A stretch of 64,000 bases of DNA, from the IMG/VR virus record IMGVR_UViG_3300044691_000371, positions 20,827 through 84,826 of that record. The stretch is one strand, 5' to 3'. Shown piece after piece: positions 30,068 through 39,824 of the stretch. Under the pieces are notes generated by a model, which saw nothing but the letters and a program-made list of their open reading frames with translations, did no database searches and was not told the DNA's origin. This stretch comes from a virus. A program made the translations under genes and the position numbers. How positions within the stretch are numbered: the stretch's first letter is position 1; each line of letters begins with the position of its first letter.

Positions 30068-30925
30068 TCATGGTTTTTTATGTTTTTCGTTAATTATCAT
30101 TGGGGTTGTGTTTACCCATTTTATTGAATGATGTATTCGAGGATGATTGCTGTTCATCATTGATACCTTTACCCCGGACGGATGCATCATAACAGTTGTA
30201 AACGCTTTACAGTATGTTCCAAATCTTAAATACATATCCGTAATGCCTGATTTGTTTGATTGTGTTGCGGTTTGATTTAAGGCAACAAAGCAGATATTTA
30301 AAAACATATCGCCCCGGCTACCTAATGTTATATAAGTGTTCACATCTTCGTTCATTGCACCGATAAAATTAAACGGCCTTTCAGTTGAGCAAAAAAATGA
30401 GTTCATACACTTTCTTTTCGGAAATCTGTATAGTTGTTTCCCGTTATCAAATCCGCCTATGAAGTCTCCGTTTTGAGCAAATGCAATAGATAAAAAGTTG
30501 TTTTGTTTGTAATAATCTAACAGTAACTTAAACATTTTATCTAAGTTTTTTATGATAAAAAGGCTATTATTTGTTTCGACTAATTTATATCTAAAGTCGG
30601 TATAGTCGTCGTCTAATTGAACAAAATAAGTAATTCCTAATTCTTTAGCTATTTCAAAACATGCATTTCGTGCGTGTGTTATAGTTCGGAGTTCATCGAA
30701 ATTATTTCCTTCGTCAACTTTATCAGCATGATATTTTTTATCGAAAATCTTTACATTTTCAATCCCAAAACTTTTTATGTATTCATCGACTTTTTTATCT
30801 TCATTGTCAACTATGAAAAATATTCTGCCTGTATAACCGCATTTTTTTAAAGTAGGTAAGGTCTTAATATTATGTGGCCTCCCGTGTGTTAAAATGAAAA
30901 CTGCAAAGTCGTTATTCTGCTCCAT
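30068..30925 (-). CDS. TET-associated/GREB1-like DNA glycosyltransferase (TAGT family)
   Basis: FILTHGRP, HARNACF, QLDDDY, KCMNSFFC and NEDVNTY motifs. Confidence 0.7.
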   Translation of the reverse strand: MEQNNDFAVFILTHGRPHNIKTLPTLKKCGYTGRIFFIVDNEDKKVDEYIKSFGIENVKIFDKKYHADKVDEGNNFDELRTITHARNACFEIAKELGITYFVQLDDDYTDFRYKLVETNNSLFIIKNLDKMFKLLLDYYKQNNFLSIAFAQNGDFIGGFDNGKQLYRFPKRKCMNSFFCSTERPFNFIGAMNEDVNTYITLGSRGDMFLNICFVALNQTATQSNKSGITDMYLRFGTYCKAFTTVMMHPSGVKVSMMNSNHPRIHHSIKWVNTTPMIINEKHKKP

Positions 30926-31313
30926 ATTCTTCCATGTATTGCGACTTAATATCATCACACAATCTTATATATCCGTATTCGATTGCCTTATTAAAATCAA
31001 TTATTACAAGTGCTGAACGTTCCATTAAGTGTTGCATTTCTTTACTTGAATGAGCGTAATAATCAGCAATCTTTTCGTAGTGAAAAACGTTATGCCTTTT
31101 TGCCGCTTCTATCAAAAATGTTTTTTCATCTTCGCTAACATTTGAAGTCTGAATTTCCCTGATTATACGCTTTGTTTTGCTATCTTCTAAAAGTTCTAAA
31201 AGATGTGGCTTTACGTTTTTAGGTTCGTAAATCGGTGCTTCAATCTTTGATGAATACTTTTTATCTTCTTCTTTTTCAAGATGATCGTTACCGAATAAAT
31301 TAACTTGCTTCAT
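30912..31313 (-). CDS. Conserved partner protein of the phage DNA glycosyltransferase
   Basis: FLIEAAKRH.VF.YEKIADYYAH...MQ.LME.SALVIIDF.KAI..GY motif; overlaps the GT start. Confidence 0.6.
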   Translation of the reverse strand: MKQVNLFGNDHLEKEEDKKYSSKIEAPIYEPKNVKPHLLELLEDSKTKRIIREIQTSNVSEDEKTFLIEAAKRHNVFHYEKIADYYAHSSKEMQHLMERSALVIIDFNKAIEYGYIRLCDDIKSQYMEEYGAE

Positions 31314-31611
31314 ATTTTTATTTAACATATATCGTACTGAACGGCCACGATTCTGTTTTGCCATCTCTTTCAACTATCACAGAACTTGCTGAATATTTCC
31401 CTATGCCAGTTATATCCATTTTAACCTCACCTATTGTCCATGATTTTAAAGTTGCTTCGATCAAAGGTGTGCGGTAATTTCTTTCGCAATAAACTTGCAT
31501 CCCATCAAATAGTTCACCGCCATTATGATGAAATATAGCTAATGATTTGAGGTTTTTTCTATCTGGAAAGGTTACTTCTTGGTATTCCATTTTCTTTAAT
31601 TTTTAGTTCTG

Positions 31612-31643
31612 TAAATGTATAGTTTAGTTTTTGTATTTACAAA
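31612..31643 (-). promoter_or_regulatory. Repeated phage promoter copy (variant)
   Basis: GTTTGTAAATACAAAAAC, 20-nt spacer, TACATTTA. Confidence 0.55.
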
Positions 31644-32014
31644 CTATTTAATATAATTATTTATGCAACTTGTAGGTTTTTTTCTTTTTTAAGTTTGTTG
31701 ATTAGTCCTAAAACTCTTTTTTGATCTGTTTCGTCAAGTTGCAAAACGGCATGTATTATTTCTTCGAGCTTATCAACTTCGTCGTCTGGCGTTTTTAAAT
31801 CAACTCCTATTCGTTTCAAATCTACTGCTATGAAATTAATATATTTTGTGACAATGTTACAAGCTTCTGTAGTTTTTGTCTGTTTGCTTTTTTCTCCTTT
31901 TATTCCTAACTCAAATAATTCACTTAACCCAAATGCGTACTCTGAAAATATCTTTCCTGATATATAGGCTCCAGCACAGTAATGAAACCTTTCCATAAGT
32001 TTTTCGTAGTCCAT

Positions 32015-32848
32015 TTATTTCTTTTTGAATAAGTCTAACTGCTTTATAATTCCAGGTTTATCAGGATATAATTGTTTTTCAGGTTTGATATTTAAGCCAC
32101 ACATTTCTTGGCATGTTGAACATTTTCCAAAATATGTTTTAGGATTAAATTTACTCATTAAAGTGTTTTTACCTAAAAACTTTGACTTTTTTACGTTAAT
32201 TATTCCGTTTGTAACAAGTTCATTATGTGGATTAACTCTTAAAACCGTGTCTAACGTAGCTTCGTTTTTAAACAGTTCTGATTGAACTTTAGCTAACTTA
32301 TGGCCTATTTCATTATCCATATTAAAATCAGCTGATACAACCCTTAAAACTGACTTACAATAGCTTTTAATCCTATTATATTGCTCAATGCTATTTTTCA
32401 ATAATTCCGGCTTATCAAGTGCTGAAACACTTGTGTTGATACAAACGTTTATTGTACTTAAAAACTGTAAATGTTCATCAGTTAAGTTGGTCCAGTGCTT
32501 TGTTATTATTACAATTTCCTTGTTTGCGTGACAAATTATTTTACAAATATTAATCGTATGCTCCCAGTTTTCTGATGGGTCGCCACTACATCCTATCCTA
32601 ACAAAATCAAGTTTTATTTTACTTATTTGCTGTATAACCTGTCTTTCGTGCCTTTTATTGTCGAAATATCTTAATACTGTTTTGCTGAAATCGTACCCGT
32701 ATAATTTAGCTGATTTTGCTGCGTAACAGTCATTATAACAGCCACCTTTTTCATTTGACATTCCACTTTCACAACCAATTGTAGTGTCTAAGCAGTAAAC
32801 GCCACGGTCATTTTTAGATAAGGCTATTCGACTTGAATAAAGTTTCAT
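32015..32848 (-). CDS. Radical-SAM-like Fe-S protein
   Basis: GC-x9-CYNDCYA cysteine cluster, RIGCSGDP, IITKH, NTSVSALD and C-terminal CSTCQEMCG. Confidence 0.6.
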   Translation of the reverse strand: MKLYSSRIALSKNDRGVYCLDTTIGCESGMSNEKGGCYNDCYAAKSAKLYGYDFSKTVLRYFDNKRHERQVIQQISKIKLDFVRIGCSGDPSENWEHTINICKIICHANKEIVIITKHWTNLTDEHLQFLSTINVCINTSVSALDKPELLKNSIEQYNRIKSYCKSVLRVVSADFNMDNEIGHKLAKVQSELFKNEATLDTVLRVNPHNELVTNGIINVKKSKFLGKNTLMSKFNPKTYFGKCSTCQEMCGLNIKPEKQLYPDKPGIIKQLDLFKKK

Positions 32849-34287
32849 AACCTGCCTATTGATGGGTACGACTCTTTAATTTTAGTCATATCACCTTTAT
32901 AGGCAACGATTATTTTTTGTTCCTGCTTTGGAAATTTGCGATAATGAAGTGTTTTTTTAGCGTGTGATAATCTGGTAAATGCCCCCTCAACGTAAACAAT
33001 TTTATTGTAAACAAATAGCCCGTTGTTTTTAAAAAACAATTCGTGTTCTGATTCGCAACAATAATAAGCCCCATCTTTATCGCGGCTATCTCCTGTCATT
33101 ATAACAAAAAAACAATTATCGTTTAATACCTCAATTGCTTTTTTATAACCGGCAAATAAAGTATCTCTAAACTCTTCGTAAGTAGGGATTGAATTTAATT
33201 CCCCTATGGGCGGTTTGCCGTCATAGTCTAAATATTCCTCAACTTTATAGTAAGGGGGGCATGAAAAAACAAGATCGTATTTTTTGTCTGGTTTAAAGGT
33301 TGAGCTATCCGATTTAAACCATTTTACATTTTCAAAATCCTGGCATAACGCATTGTTAGCATCGCATTGGTTTTGCCTTATTTCTGATGAAAGATATTCA
33401 TATCCGTTTGCTCCGGTAACGAAACCCATTTGAACACCACCGCCAAATGGATTATAAACACTTGTGCCGTTAGTTGGCATAAAGAAGCGTAATATAACCT
33501 CACAGGCAACTGGGTCAAGTACGGAGGCGTTGCCGTTAAACGATTTGCCTTTGTTGTGCTGTACGTTGCCATCTTCATCAATTGTATGATTGGCTAAAAC
33601 AACGTTTGACATACCATTTTTACCCTGCCAACATCCATCCCGTGAAGCAAACTTTGGATTTTCAATATTATATTTTGCCCCGGCTGCTTCTATTTTTTCG
33701 TTCCATTCTTTTTTCATTTTCAACCAATCGCCTTTAGTCGAGTTCCATACATTTGTCATTGTTGCATGGGCTAACCTTTTCATTCTTACTTGTTCTAATT
33801 GGCCGTAAACCATGTAAGAATAACCGCTTAAATTGAGATACTCTTTAAACCCGATGGCAGCAAATACTTTTGGATTTTCGAGGTCATGTTTTTGACTTAC
33901 GGTCATAATCATAGGATAGCCAAAGGTATTTTGCTTTATGATTTCGCCGACCATATCGCTATAAATCGCTTTGTATTTTTTGTTTAAATCCATAGCCGAT
34001 TGAAGCAAGCAAAACTCTTTTGCTTCGTGGTTGATCTGATATGTGAAAAACCCTGAAAAAGCATCATTCAACTTAAAAATAATAGCTGAATGTATCTGCA
34101 TGTTTTTACGAGCAGCCCGGTAAGCAACCCCGTCCTCAACTGCTAATTTAGCAACCTGTTCTTCATACCCTGAACCTATGACAGATTCTACATTTATAAA
34201 TTCAATTTTATCGGCGAACATTATCGTTTGCTTTTTATTTATAGGCTCAATAATTATTTCGTCTTCGAAAATTAGTTGTTGTTTCAT
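32845..34287 (-). CDS. Amino-(N4-C/N6-A) DNA methyltransferase-like protein with a GNAT-like N-terminal domain
   Basis: Motif I YNPFGGG and motif IV SCPPYY; N-terminal FSGFFTY...FCLLQSA...VFAAIGFKEY resembles a GNAT fold. Confidence 0.75.
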   Translation of the reverse strand: MKQQLIFEDEIIIEPINKKQTIMFADKIEFINVESVIGSGYEEQVAKLAVEDGVAYRAARKNMQIHSAIIFKLNDAFSGFFTYQINHEAKEFCLLQSAMDLNKKYKAIYSDMVGEIIKQNTFGYPMIMTVSQKHDLENPKVFAAIGFKEYLNLSGYSYMVYGQLEQVRMKRLAHATMTNVWNSTKGDWLKMKKEWNEKIEAAGAKYNIENPKFASRDGCWQGKNGMSNVVLANHTIDEDGNVQHNKGKSFNGNASVLDPVACEVILRFFMPTNGTSVYNPFGGGVQMGFVTGANGYEYLSSEIRQNQCDANNALCQDFENVKWFKSDSSTFKPDKKYDLVFSCPPYYKVEEYLDYDGKPPIGELNSIPTYEEFRDTLFAGYKKAIEVLNDNCFFVIMTGDSRDKDGAYYCCESEHELFFKNNGLFVYNKIVYVEGAFTRLSHAKKTLHYRKFPKQEQKIIVAYKGDMTKIKESYPSIGRL

Positions 34288-34330
34288 TTATTATGATTTG
34301 TTTTTTATTTTATGTTTGGTAAAATGTGTC

Positions 34331-34984
34331 TTAACTTTTGAGCAGTTTATTTTGTTCATGAAGTCCCTCTAATCCCAAAACATTTATCTTGTGTTGGATA
34401 GCGTTTTCGATTTCGCTTTTTGCTTCGTTAACTACTATATCCATTGTTTCTTGAAAACATTTAGCGAAAAAAGGAATGTTACTTGCTACTTCCTGGGTTA
34501 ACCATTCAACTGTGAAATTAAGTTCTTGTTGATCGGCTTTTGAAAGTGTTTTTTTAGCTGATAAATCTTTTACACGCGCTTGCTTTACTTTTAAAGTTTT
34601 AGCAAATTCACGCATTCTGTCATCAAATTTACGGTGTATAAATTCCTTTCTGCTTTCTTGCTCTGGCAAATGTTCAACCATTTTTCTATCAAAAGCCTCA
34701 ATAGTGCATGGAATGCCATCGCCCCTATTCATTGAGGTTATCATTTCAGCGAATTGATTCGAACTCATTCTTATTTGAATAATCGGAGTATGATTTGAAG
34801 CAAAATACCTATCACAAGATAAATCTCTCTGTATTTCAGATTGATAAACTTTCATTTGGATATAATTATCCTGTTTCAGTTCACTGCCGTAAAAGTTTGT
34901 TCCTGTAGAATTTATACGGCTAAATCCAATTTGCCCAAAAGATGGGTGTTTATGCCTTTCATCTTCGTTCTGATCTAAACTCAT
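34331..34984 (-). CDS. Conserved phage hypothetical protein
   Basis: HPSFGQIGFSR...MSSNQFAEMITSMN.GDGIPCTI motif recognised from phage proteins. Confidence 0.6.
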   Translation of the reverse strand: MSLDQNEDERHKHPSFGQIGFSRINSTGTNFYGSELKQDNYIQMKVYQSEIQRDLSCDRYFASNHTPIIQIRMSSNQFAEMITSMNRGDGIPCTIEAFDRKMVEHLPEQESRKEFIHRKFDDRMREFAKTLKVKQARVKDLSAKKTLSKADQQELNFTVEWLTQEVASNIPFFAKCFQETMDIVVNEAKSEIENAIQHKINVLGLEGLHEQNKLLKS

Positions 34985-35253
34985 TTTGTGTGTATTTAAA
35001 GGTAATTTACTTTTTTTATTTTACAAGTTAACTAACAAAAACTTGATTAGTAGCTTCTTTTGTTTTTCGTCAAGAAATATTTCATCGGTCAAGTCATCGA
35101 CTTTAACCTTGATATGCAATCCATCGTAAATAGAGTTCTTAATGGTTATTGTGCTATTTTCTTCGCACACTATATTAAATTCGTCGTGTATGTTCATGAT
35201 TTTGCTTTTTGTATTTGATATAACGCTTGCTGAATTTAAATAGCTTATTTTTT

Positions 35254-35320
35254 TGTGGACGTAACCGGTAACGATCCGGCGATCTCCATCTGGACTGGGA
35301 TCAGCAGCCTCTTTACGCCC
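35254..35320 (-). ncRNA. D-armless tRNA-like / tmRNA tRNA-like-domain mimic
   Basis: Acceptor GGGCGTA/TACGTCC with G3.U70 and discriminator A; T arm GCCGG-ATCGTTA-CCGGT; central stem GATCCCA/TGGAGATC with 7-nt loop GTCCAGA. Confidence 0.6.
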
Positions 35321-35328
35321 TTTAAAAT

Positions 35329-35505
35329 AAGCATCCGTTCTGATCGCCGTCCCGGATGCTCAACCTAAACCTATCACAATGACCGAATAGAACTTCGATC
35401 TACTGCTAAAAGCCAAATCCTTTTGAGAGTTTGGCTTGCGTAGACGGGTTTACGCATTTTTTCCGGTATTAGCAGACCGTGAACTATCTCACGGAACACG
35501 GTGGG
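35329..35505 (-). ncRNA. GC-rich multi-hairpin non-coding RNA region
   Basis: Stems CCGTG/CACGG; CTGCTAA/TTAGCAG enclosing TGCGTA/TACGCA and AGCCAAA/TTTGGCT; AGCATCCG/CGGATGCT. Confidence 0.5.
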
Positions 35506-35764
35506 TTAATTTACTACCGTAGCATCTTCAAAATGAAGTATGCCAGCAATCCAAATTTTAGCGGGTGTTTTAAGAATGTCGGAATTATCAGCAAAAATAA
35601 CTTTATAGCCTTTTTCGTAGCCTAATTCATCGGTTTTAATTACCTGTATGTTTTGACCTATATAAAGGTTAGACCAGGCATGAACATTTTTGCTTCTTTT
35701 GATTGTTACTGTTAGAGTGTTCATTTTGAGATAGTTTAAAATTACTTTGTCGATATTGACAGAA

Positions 35765-35795
35765 CAAATATAACTATTGTTTTTGTATTTGCAAA
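35765..35795 (-). promoter_or_regulatory. Repeated phage promoter copy
   Basis: AAAGTTTGCAAATACAAAAAC, 19-nt spacer, TATATTTG. Confidence 0.75.
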
Positions 35796-35830
35796 CTTTA
35801 TTTTACTTTTTTGAAATTATTTTTTAAAAT

Positions 35831-35861
35831 AAAAATGCCTTACATTTCTATAAGGCATTTT
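35831..35861. terminator. Bidirectional intrinsic terminator
   Basis: AAAATGCCTTA...TAAGGCATTTT. Confidence 0.7.
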
Positions 35862-37137
35862 CGAGGTGAGTAATCGTTCCGTGCTTCGTCTTTTTTGCGT
35901 CTATCGTAGAGGGTTGTTTTTATCAAGCTGCAATAAGCTTTTTATAGCTATTTTTTAAAGTTTCTAAATGACCTATGCGGGTATCTATCTTTTTACAGGC
36001 GTAGTTAACAAGTTCTTTAAATACATAATCCCTATTTACATGCTTATTACAAAGTGCAAAAAATACTTTTCCATCATCGTAAATAACTAATTTTTTTCTG
36101 TAAGGTGTATTTAAATAGTAGGACTTATTAAGGGTGATAATTTCATTCGAAAGTTCGATTTTGATTTGGTTTTTATCCTCAAAAGGAAATCTGTTCCCAA
36201 TCTCGTACGAAATTTCAGGTAAACCGGTTTTGCCCGTTTTTAAACTGTATGAAATGTTTTTCCCGATCACAATTAATTAAATTCATTGTACAAATATACT
36301 AAGTATTTTTAAAATCAAAAACTATACCAATTTTATTAGATTAATTGAGCGTGGATAATAATAGCTGGCAAAATAGGTGTAACGTCAATAATTACTTTCA
36401 TAACCGTAGCCTTTAAACCTTTGTGGTAAATCGTGGTGTTTAATTCAGGTGTGAAGCTCAACTTAGTGTTTATTGGATTAGCCTGGTTGGTTATTTGACC
36501 TTCTTTGTTTTGGATGAATATGATTGTTGGATGCATTATTAAAAAGGATTTATTCTTTTAAAATATTTGTAATCATTGGTTATTTCGAAATCATAATGAT
36601 TCTGATTGATATATTCTTTACAAATGTCTGTAAATAATTGAGGGTCACGTTTTCCAGTTAATTCAATTTCAATCGCGTTACCAGGTTTCATTCGTGCGAA
36701 ACATTCAAACCAATAATCTAATTGTTCCTGAAAGTTTTTAAAAGTTGTTTGCATCTGATATATTTTTAAGTTGTTTTTTAAAATCTGAATTTTCAACTCT
36801 TAATAATTGTATTATAGTGACTAATTCCCTATTGAATAGCTTTAAGGATTGGTTATAATACATTATTTGGTTTAATTGGGTATTTATACCTAAAAGTGTG
36901 ATAAGTCGTTGCTTAGAGGCTGTAACTCTTGCAGATGGCTTGCTTTTTTCAAATTTTATTATCTGTTCTAACATTTCTAACAAATAATGATTTTGTTCAT
37001 TTAAAAGCTTTGTCGGTTTTAATGTATCTTGAATTTCGCTTTCAAGTAATCCTAATTCAAGGTTTTTAATATCAAAACCGTCTTCTAATTTTTCAATTTT
37101 TTCCTGTAATTCTTTAAAATACTCTTTTGCCATAACT

Positions 37138-38085
37138 TTAAAATAAATCTGTTTCTAAAACTTTAAATCCTTTTTCATGCTCAAATGCATAATAGTCAAA
37201 TGGTGCATCAACTTCGTAATATCTGTTTTTTTTCCAATCAAAAAATAGTGTACACATACCTTTATTTGCAACTCCTTTTGGCTTTGCCTTATCTATAAAA
37301 ATTTGTACTTCATGTGATTGATATTGTGAACCGCTTTCGCCTACTAAATTAGCCGGTGGTCTCCAAAGTGTTATCCATGTCATTGCCTTTCTAAATAAAG
37401 CCTGCCCACCTGCTGCCTGACGTGGTAATGGTTTTGGGTAATAAGTAATATTATCTTTTGTAACAGGTATTGAACTTGCTGGATGTATTGATAAGAAAAA
37501 ATGTTTATTTTCTTTTTTACAGCTACGGCGCAAATAACTCATTAAGTTTTCAATATATAAATCCTGGCGTGAACCGAATTTTGACATATCGTGTTCTAAT
37601 TCATTATATGGCTCACCTACAATAATATTAATTTTCTTTTTATTTTCTTTTTCCCATTTTTTAGAATAGTCAAAAAGATTTTCTATTGAATACGCTCTAT
37701 CATCTGTATCAACAAAAACAAAGTATTCAGTAAGCCATGCAATCACATCGTAAAATTCTTTATCGGCTAAGGCAAAGTTTGAATTTTTTAACATTTGTTT
37801 CCCGCTGTATTTATGCACTAATTCAGAAACTACCTCTTCAGCCGATCCTGTTTCAGGTGAACAAATTAAACTTCTTTGTCCATATTTTTTTGCCTGATTC
37901 AAAACCATTTCAAAAATAAATTCTGATTTTCCATGGGTTGGCTCTGAATAAACAATTGTGAATGTGCCTAACTTGATTGAATATAAGCTATCAAGGTTTT
38001 TAAAGCCTGTATTTTGGCCCCTTATTATCCCTTCATTTCGCAATTTTTCAATTGCTGGCATCATATCAAGTATAGTTTTTATCAT
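37138..38085 (-). CDS. DnaB/Twinkle-like SF4 helicase domain protein
   Basis: TGFKNLD, Walker A-like EPTHGKSEF, SPE, EPYNELEH and LSIHP motifs. Confidence 0.75.
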   Translation of the reverse strand: MIKTILDMMPAIEKLRNEGIIRGQNTGFKNLDSLYSIKLGTFTIVYSEPTHGKSEFIFEMVLNQAKKYGQRSLICSPETGSAEEVVSELVHKYSGKQMLKNSNFALADKEFYDVIAWLTEYFVFVDTDDRAYSIENLFDYSKKWEKENKKKINIIVGEPYNELEHDMSKFGSRQDLYIENLMSYLRRSCKKENKHFFLSIHPASSIPVTKDNITYYPKPLPRQAAGGQALFRKAMTWITLWRPPANLVGESGSQYQSHEVQIFIDKAKPKGVANKGMCTLFFDWKKNRYYEVDAPFDYYAFEHEKGFKVLETDLF

Positions 38086-38786
38086 TAGTTACTAACGTTT
38101 GAAAAATCCAACTTATAATTATTTTGCTGCTTAAAATCTGTTTTCTTATCCCCTTTATTCCAATTAGATAATCTTAATGATAAATCCCATGTTTTTTCAA
38201 ATTCAAATCTCATTTTAGTTTTTGATTGATTAGGCTCAGTCCAATATTTGAAAAAATCATTGAGTAAATCTTTATTATATTTTGAAAGAAAAGGAGAAAG
38301 GGCATTTTTAAATGCCTCTCTACGATCTTTAATATCTATTTTATTTACTTTATTATTCTTTATAGTATTGCGTTCGCTTTCTTTTGGTAATGCGAACGCA
38401 TTTTTATCGTGTGCGTTCGCATTTTTATTTTGTTCATTCGCATGTTTTTCCCATCTAAATATAGCCGATTCTTTAGCCTTTATTGATTTTGCATTACGTT
38501 TATTTAATCTATCATTTATACTATCAGACCAGAAATATTTCCCATCATTTTTAAATAAATCAAAATCATTTATCAATGATAAAATACAACCTTCTGTTGT
38601 TCGTAATGCAAATGCATAATTATCACATTCTGAAAGTAAAAGCTTGCCACCCTGTTCATAAATTATTTCTATTAAATCCCAAAAAACACTTTTACCTTCA
38701 TGCCCTAATTTCATTAGGACTTTTTGCAATTTAGGATCATTCCTTGCACCAAAATCATGGCTGAAATAAAAAGATTCTTTAGCCAT
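38085..38786 (-). CDS. DUF4373 (Lin1244/1753-like) replication initiator
   Basis: YFSHDFGARNDPK...VFWDLIE; C-terminal FFKYWTEPN..KMRFE..KTWD...RL..W. Confidence 0.8.
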   Translation of the reverse strand: MAKESFYFSHDFGARNDPKLQKVLMKLGHEGKSVFWDLIEIIYEQGGKLLLSECDNYAFALRTTEGCILSLINDFDLFKNDGKYFWSDSINDRLNKRNAKSIKAKESAIFRWEKHANEQNKNANAHDKNAFALPKESERNTIKNNKVNKIDIKDRREAFKNALSPFLSKYNKDLLNDFFKYWTEPNQSKTKMRFEFEKTWDLSLRLSNWNKGDKKTDFKQQNNYKLDFSNVSN

Positions 38787-39451
38787 TATGCAGATATGGG
38801 GAATAATGTAAAAGGCTTTTCTAATAATTGATGTTCATTATTAATAAGCAATTCAAATTCTTTTATTATAAGTTCACTTTTTTTAAACCATTCTCCATTA
38901 ATCCTTAATGAATTAAATTTAACATGTAAATCCTTTTCTAAAGTACCGAAAGGGTCTTTTATTTTATAAATGATTTTACATTTATATGGATTGTGAGTTT
39001 GAATACTTTTAAGCCTCGATGATGGATTATTACTAAATCCTATTTTATAAATATCACCGGCTTCTATCAGATAAATATAAGTTTGTTTTAATATTTTATT
39101 TTTTGTTTTTTTATTTGTTTTATCTGTAAATAATTTAAAATCTTCAATATTTTCTAATCTATAAAATGATTTTGTTAATGTTTTATCTTTAAAACATTTA
39201 TTAGTTTTTACTATTATTTTAGGTAATCTGAAAAAATCTGAATCATTATTATTTTCTATTAAAATTTCAGTTATTAAATAAGGATAATGCTTTTTTTCAG
39301 ATAAAATATTATCTCCATCTTTGTATTTAAAGATATAATCTCCTACCTTAAAACCGAGTTTAATTAAATGATTTTGATATAATAATATCAAATCTTCGTA
39401 TAGGCAATTTATTTTATCTATACAAATTGAATCAATTTCTTTGATTGTCAT
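38786..39451 (-). CDS. T5orf172/MUG113 GIY-YIG-domain protein
   Basis: YIYLI...YKIGFSNNPSSRL..IQT.NP...EKDLH..F...RINGEWF. Confidence 0.8.
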   Translation of the reverse strand: MTIKEIDSICIDKINCLYEDLILLYQNHLIKLGFKVGDYIFKYKDGDNILSEKKHYPYLITEILIENNNDSDFFRLPKIIVKTNKCFKDKTLTKSFYRLENIEDFKLFTDKTNKKTKNKILKQTYIYLIEAGDIYKIGFSNNPSSRLKSIQTHNPYKCKIIYKIKDPFGTLEKDLHVKFNSLRINGEWFKKSELIIKEFELLINNEHQLLEKPFTLFPISA

Positions 39452-39502
39452 AGTGTGATTAATTTGGTCAATGTAACAATATATAAAGCCGACAAAACCG
39501 GG

Positions 39503-39673
39503 TTAGTCTAATAAAATTAAAACGCCGCCCATTATTTCAACTGTATTTACTTTTTTTGATTTAACAAGATCGTTTACACGTTGTCGAATTAAATTATTTC
39601 TACGGGCATATTCAGCCTGAGTAATAAGTTTTGTTCTATCGACTTTTAAAGGAGGTAATTGTGAATTTTCCAT
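39503..39673 (-). CDS. Small HTH (Xis/MerR-like) DNA-binding protein, 56 aa, below the ORF-track cutoff
   Basis: Manual translation MENSQLPPLKVDRTKLITQAEYARRNNLIRQRVNDLVKSKKVNTVEIMGGVLILLD; TATATTTG 5 nt upstream. Confidence 0.65.
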   Translation of the reverse strand: MENSQLPPLKVDRTKLITQAEYARRNNLIRQRVNDLVKSKKVNTVEIMGGVLILLD

Positions 39674-39824
39674 TGCTTCAAATATATGTTACATTGTCCG
39701 AATAAACAATATTTTATTTCATAAAATTTCGATTATTCTTTTTAATTCTTTTCACAACTGGTTTCGAGCAGTCAATTTTTATTATTTGGAATGTTGTTTG
39801 GTTGCAGTAACTCATTTTTTTTGT

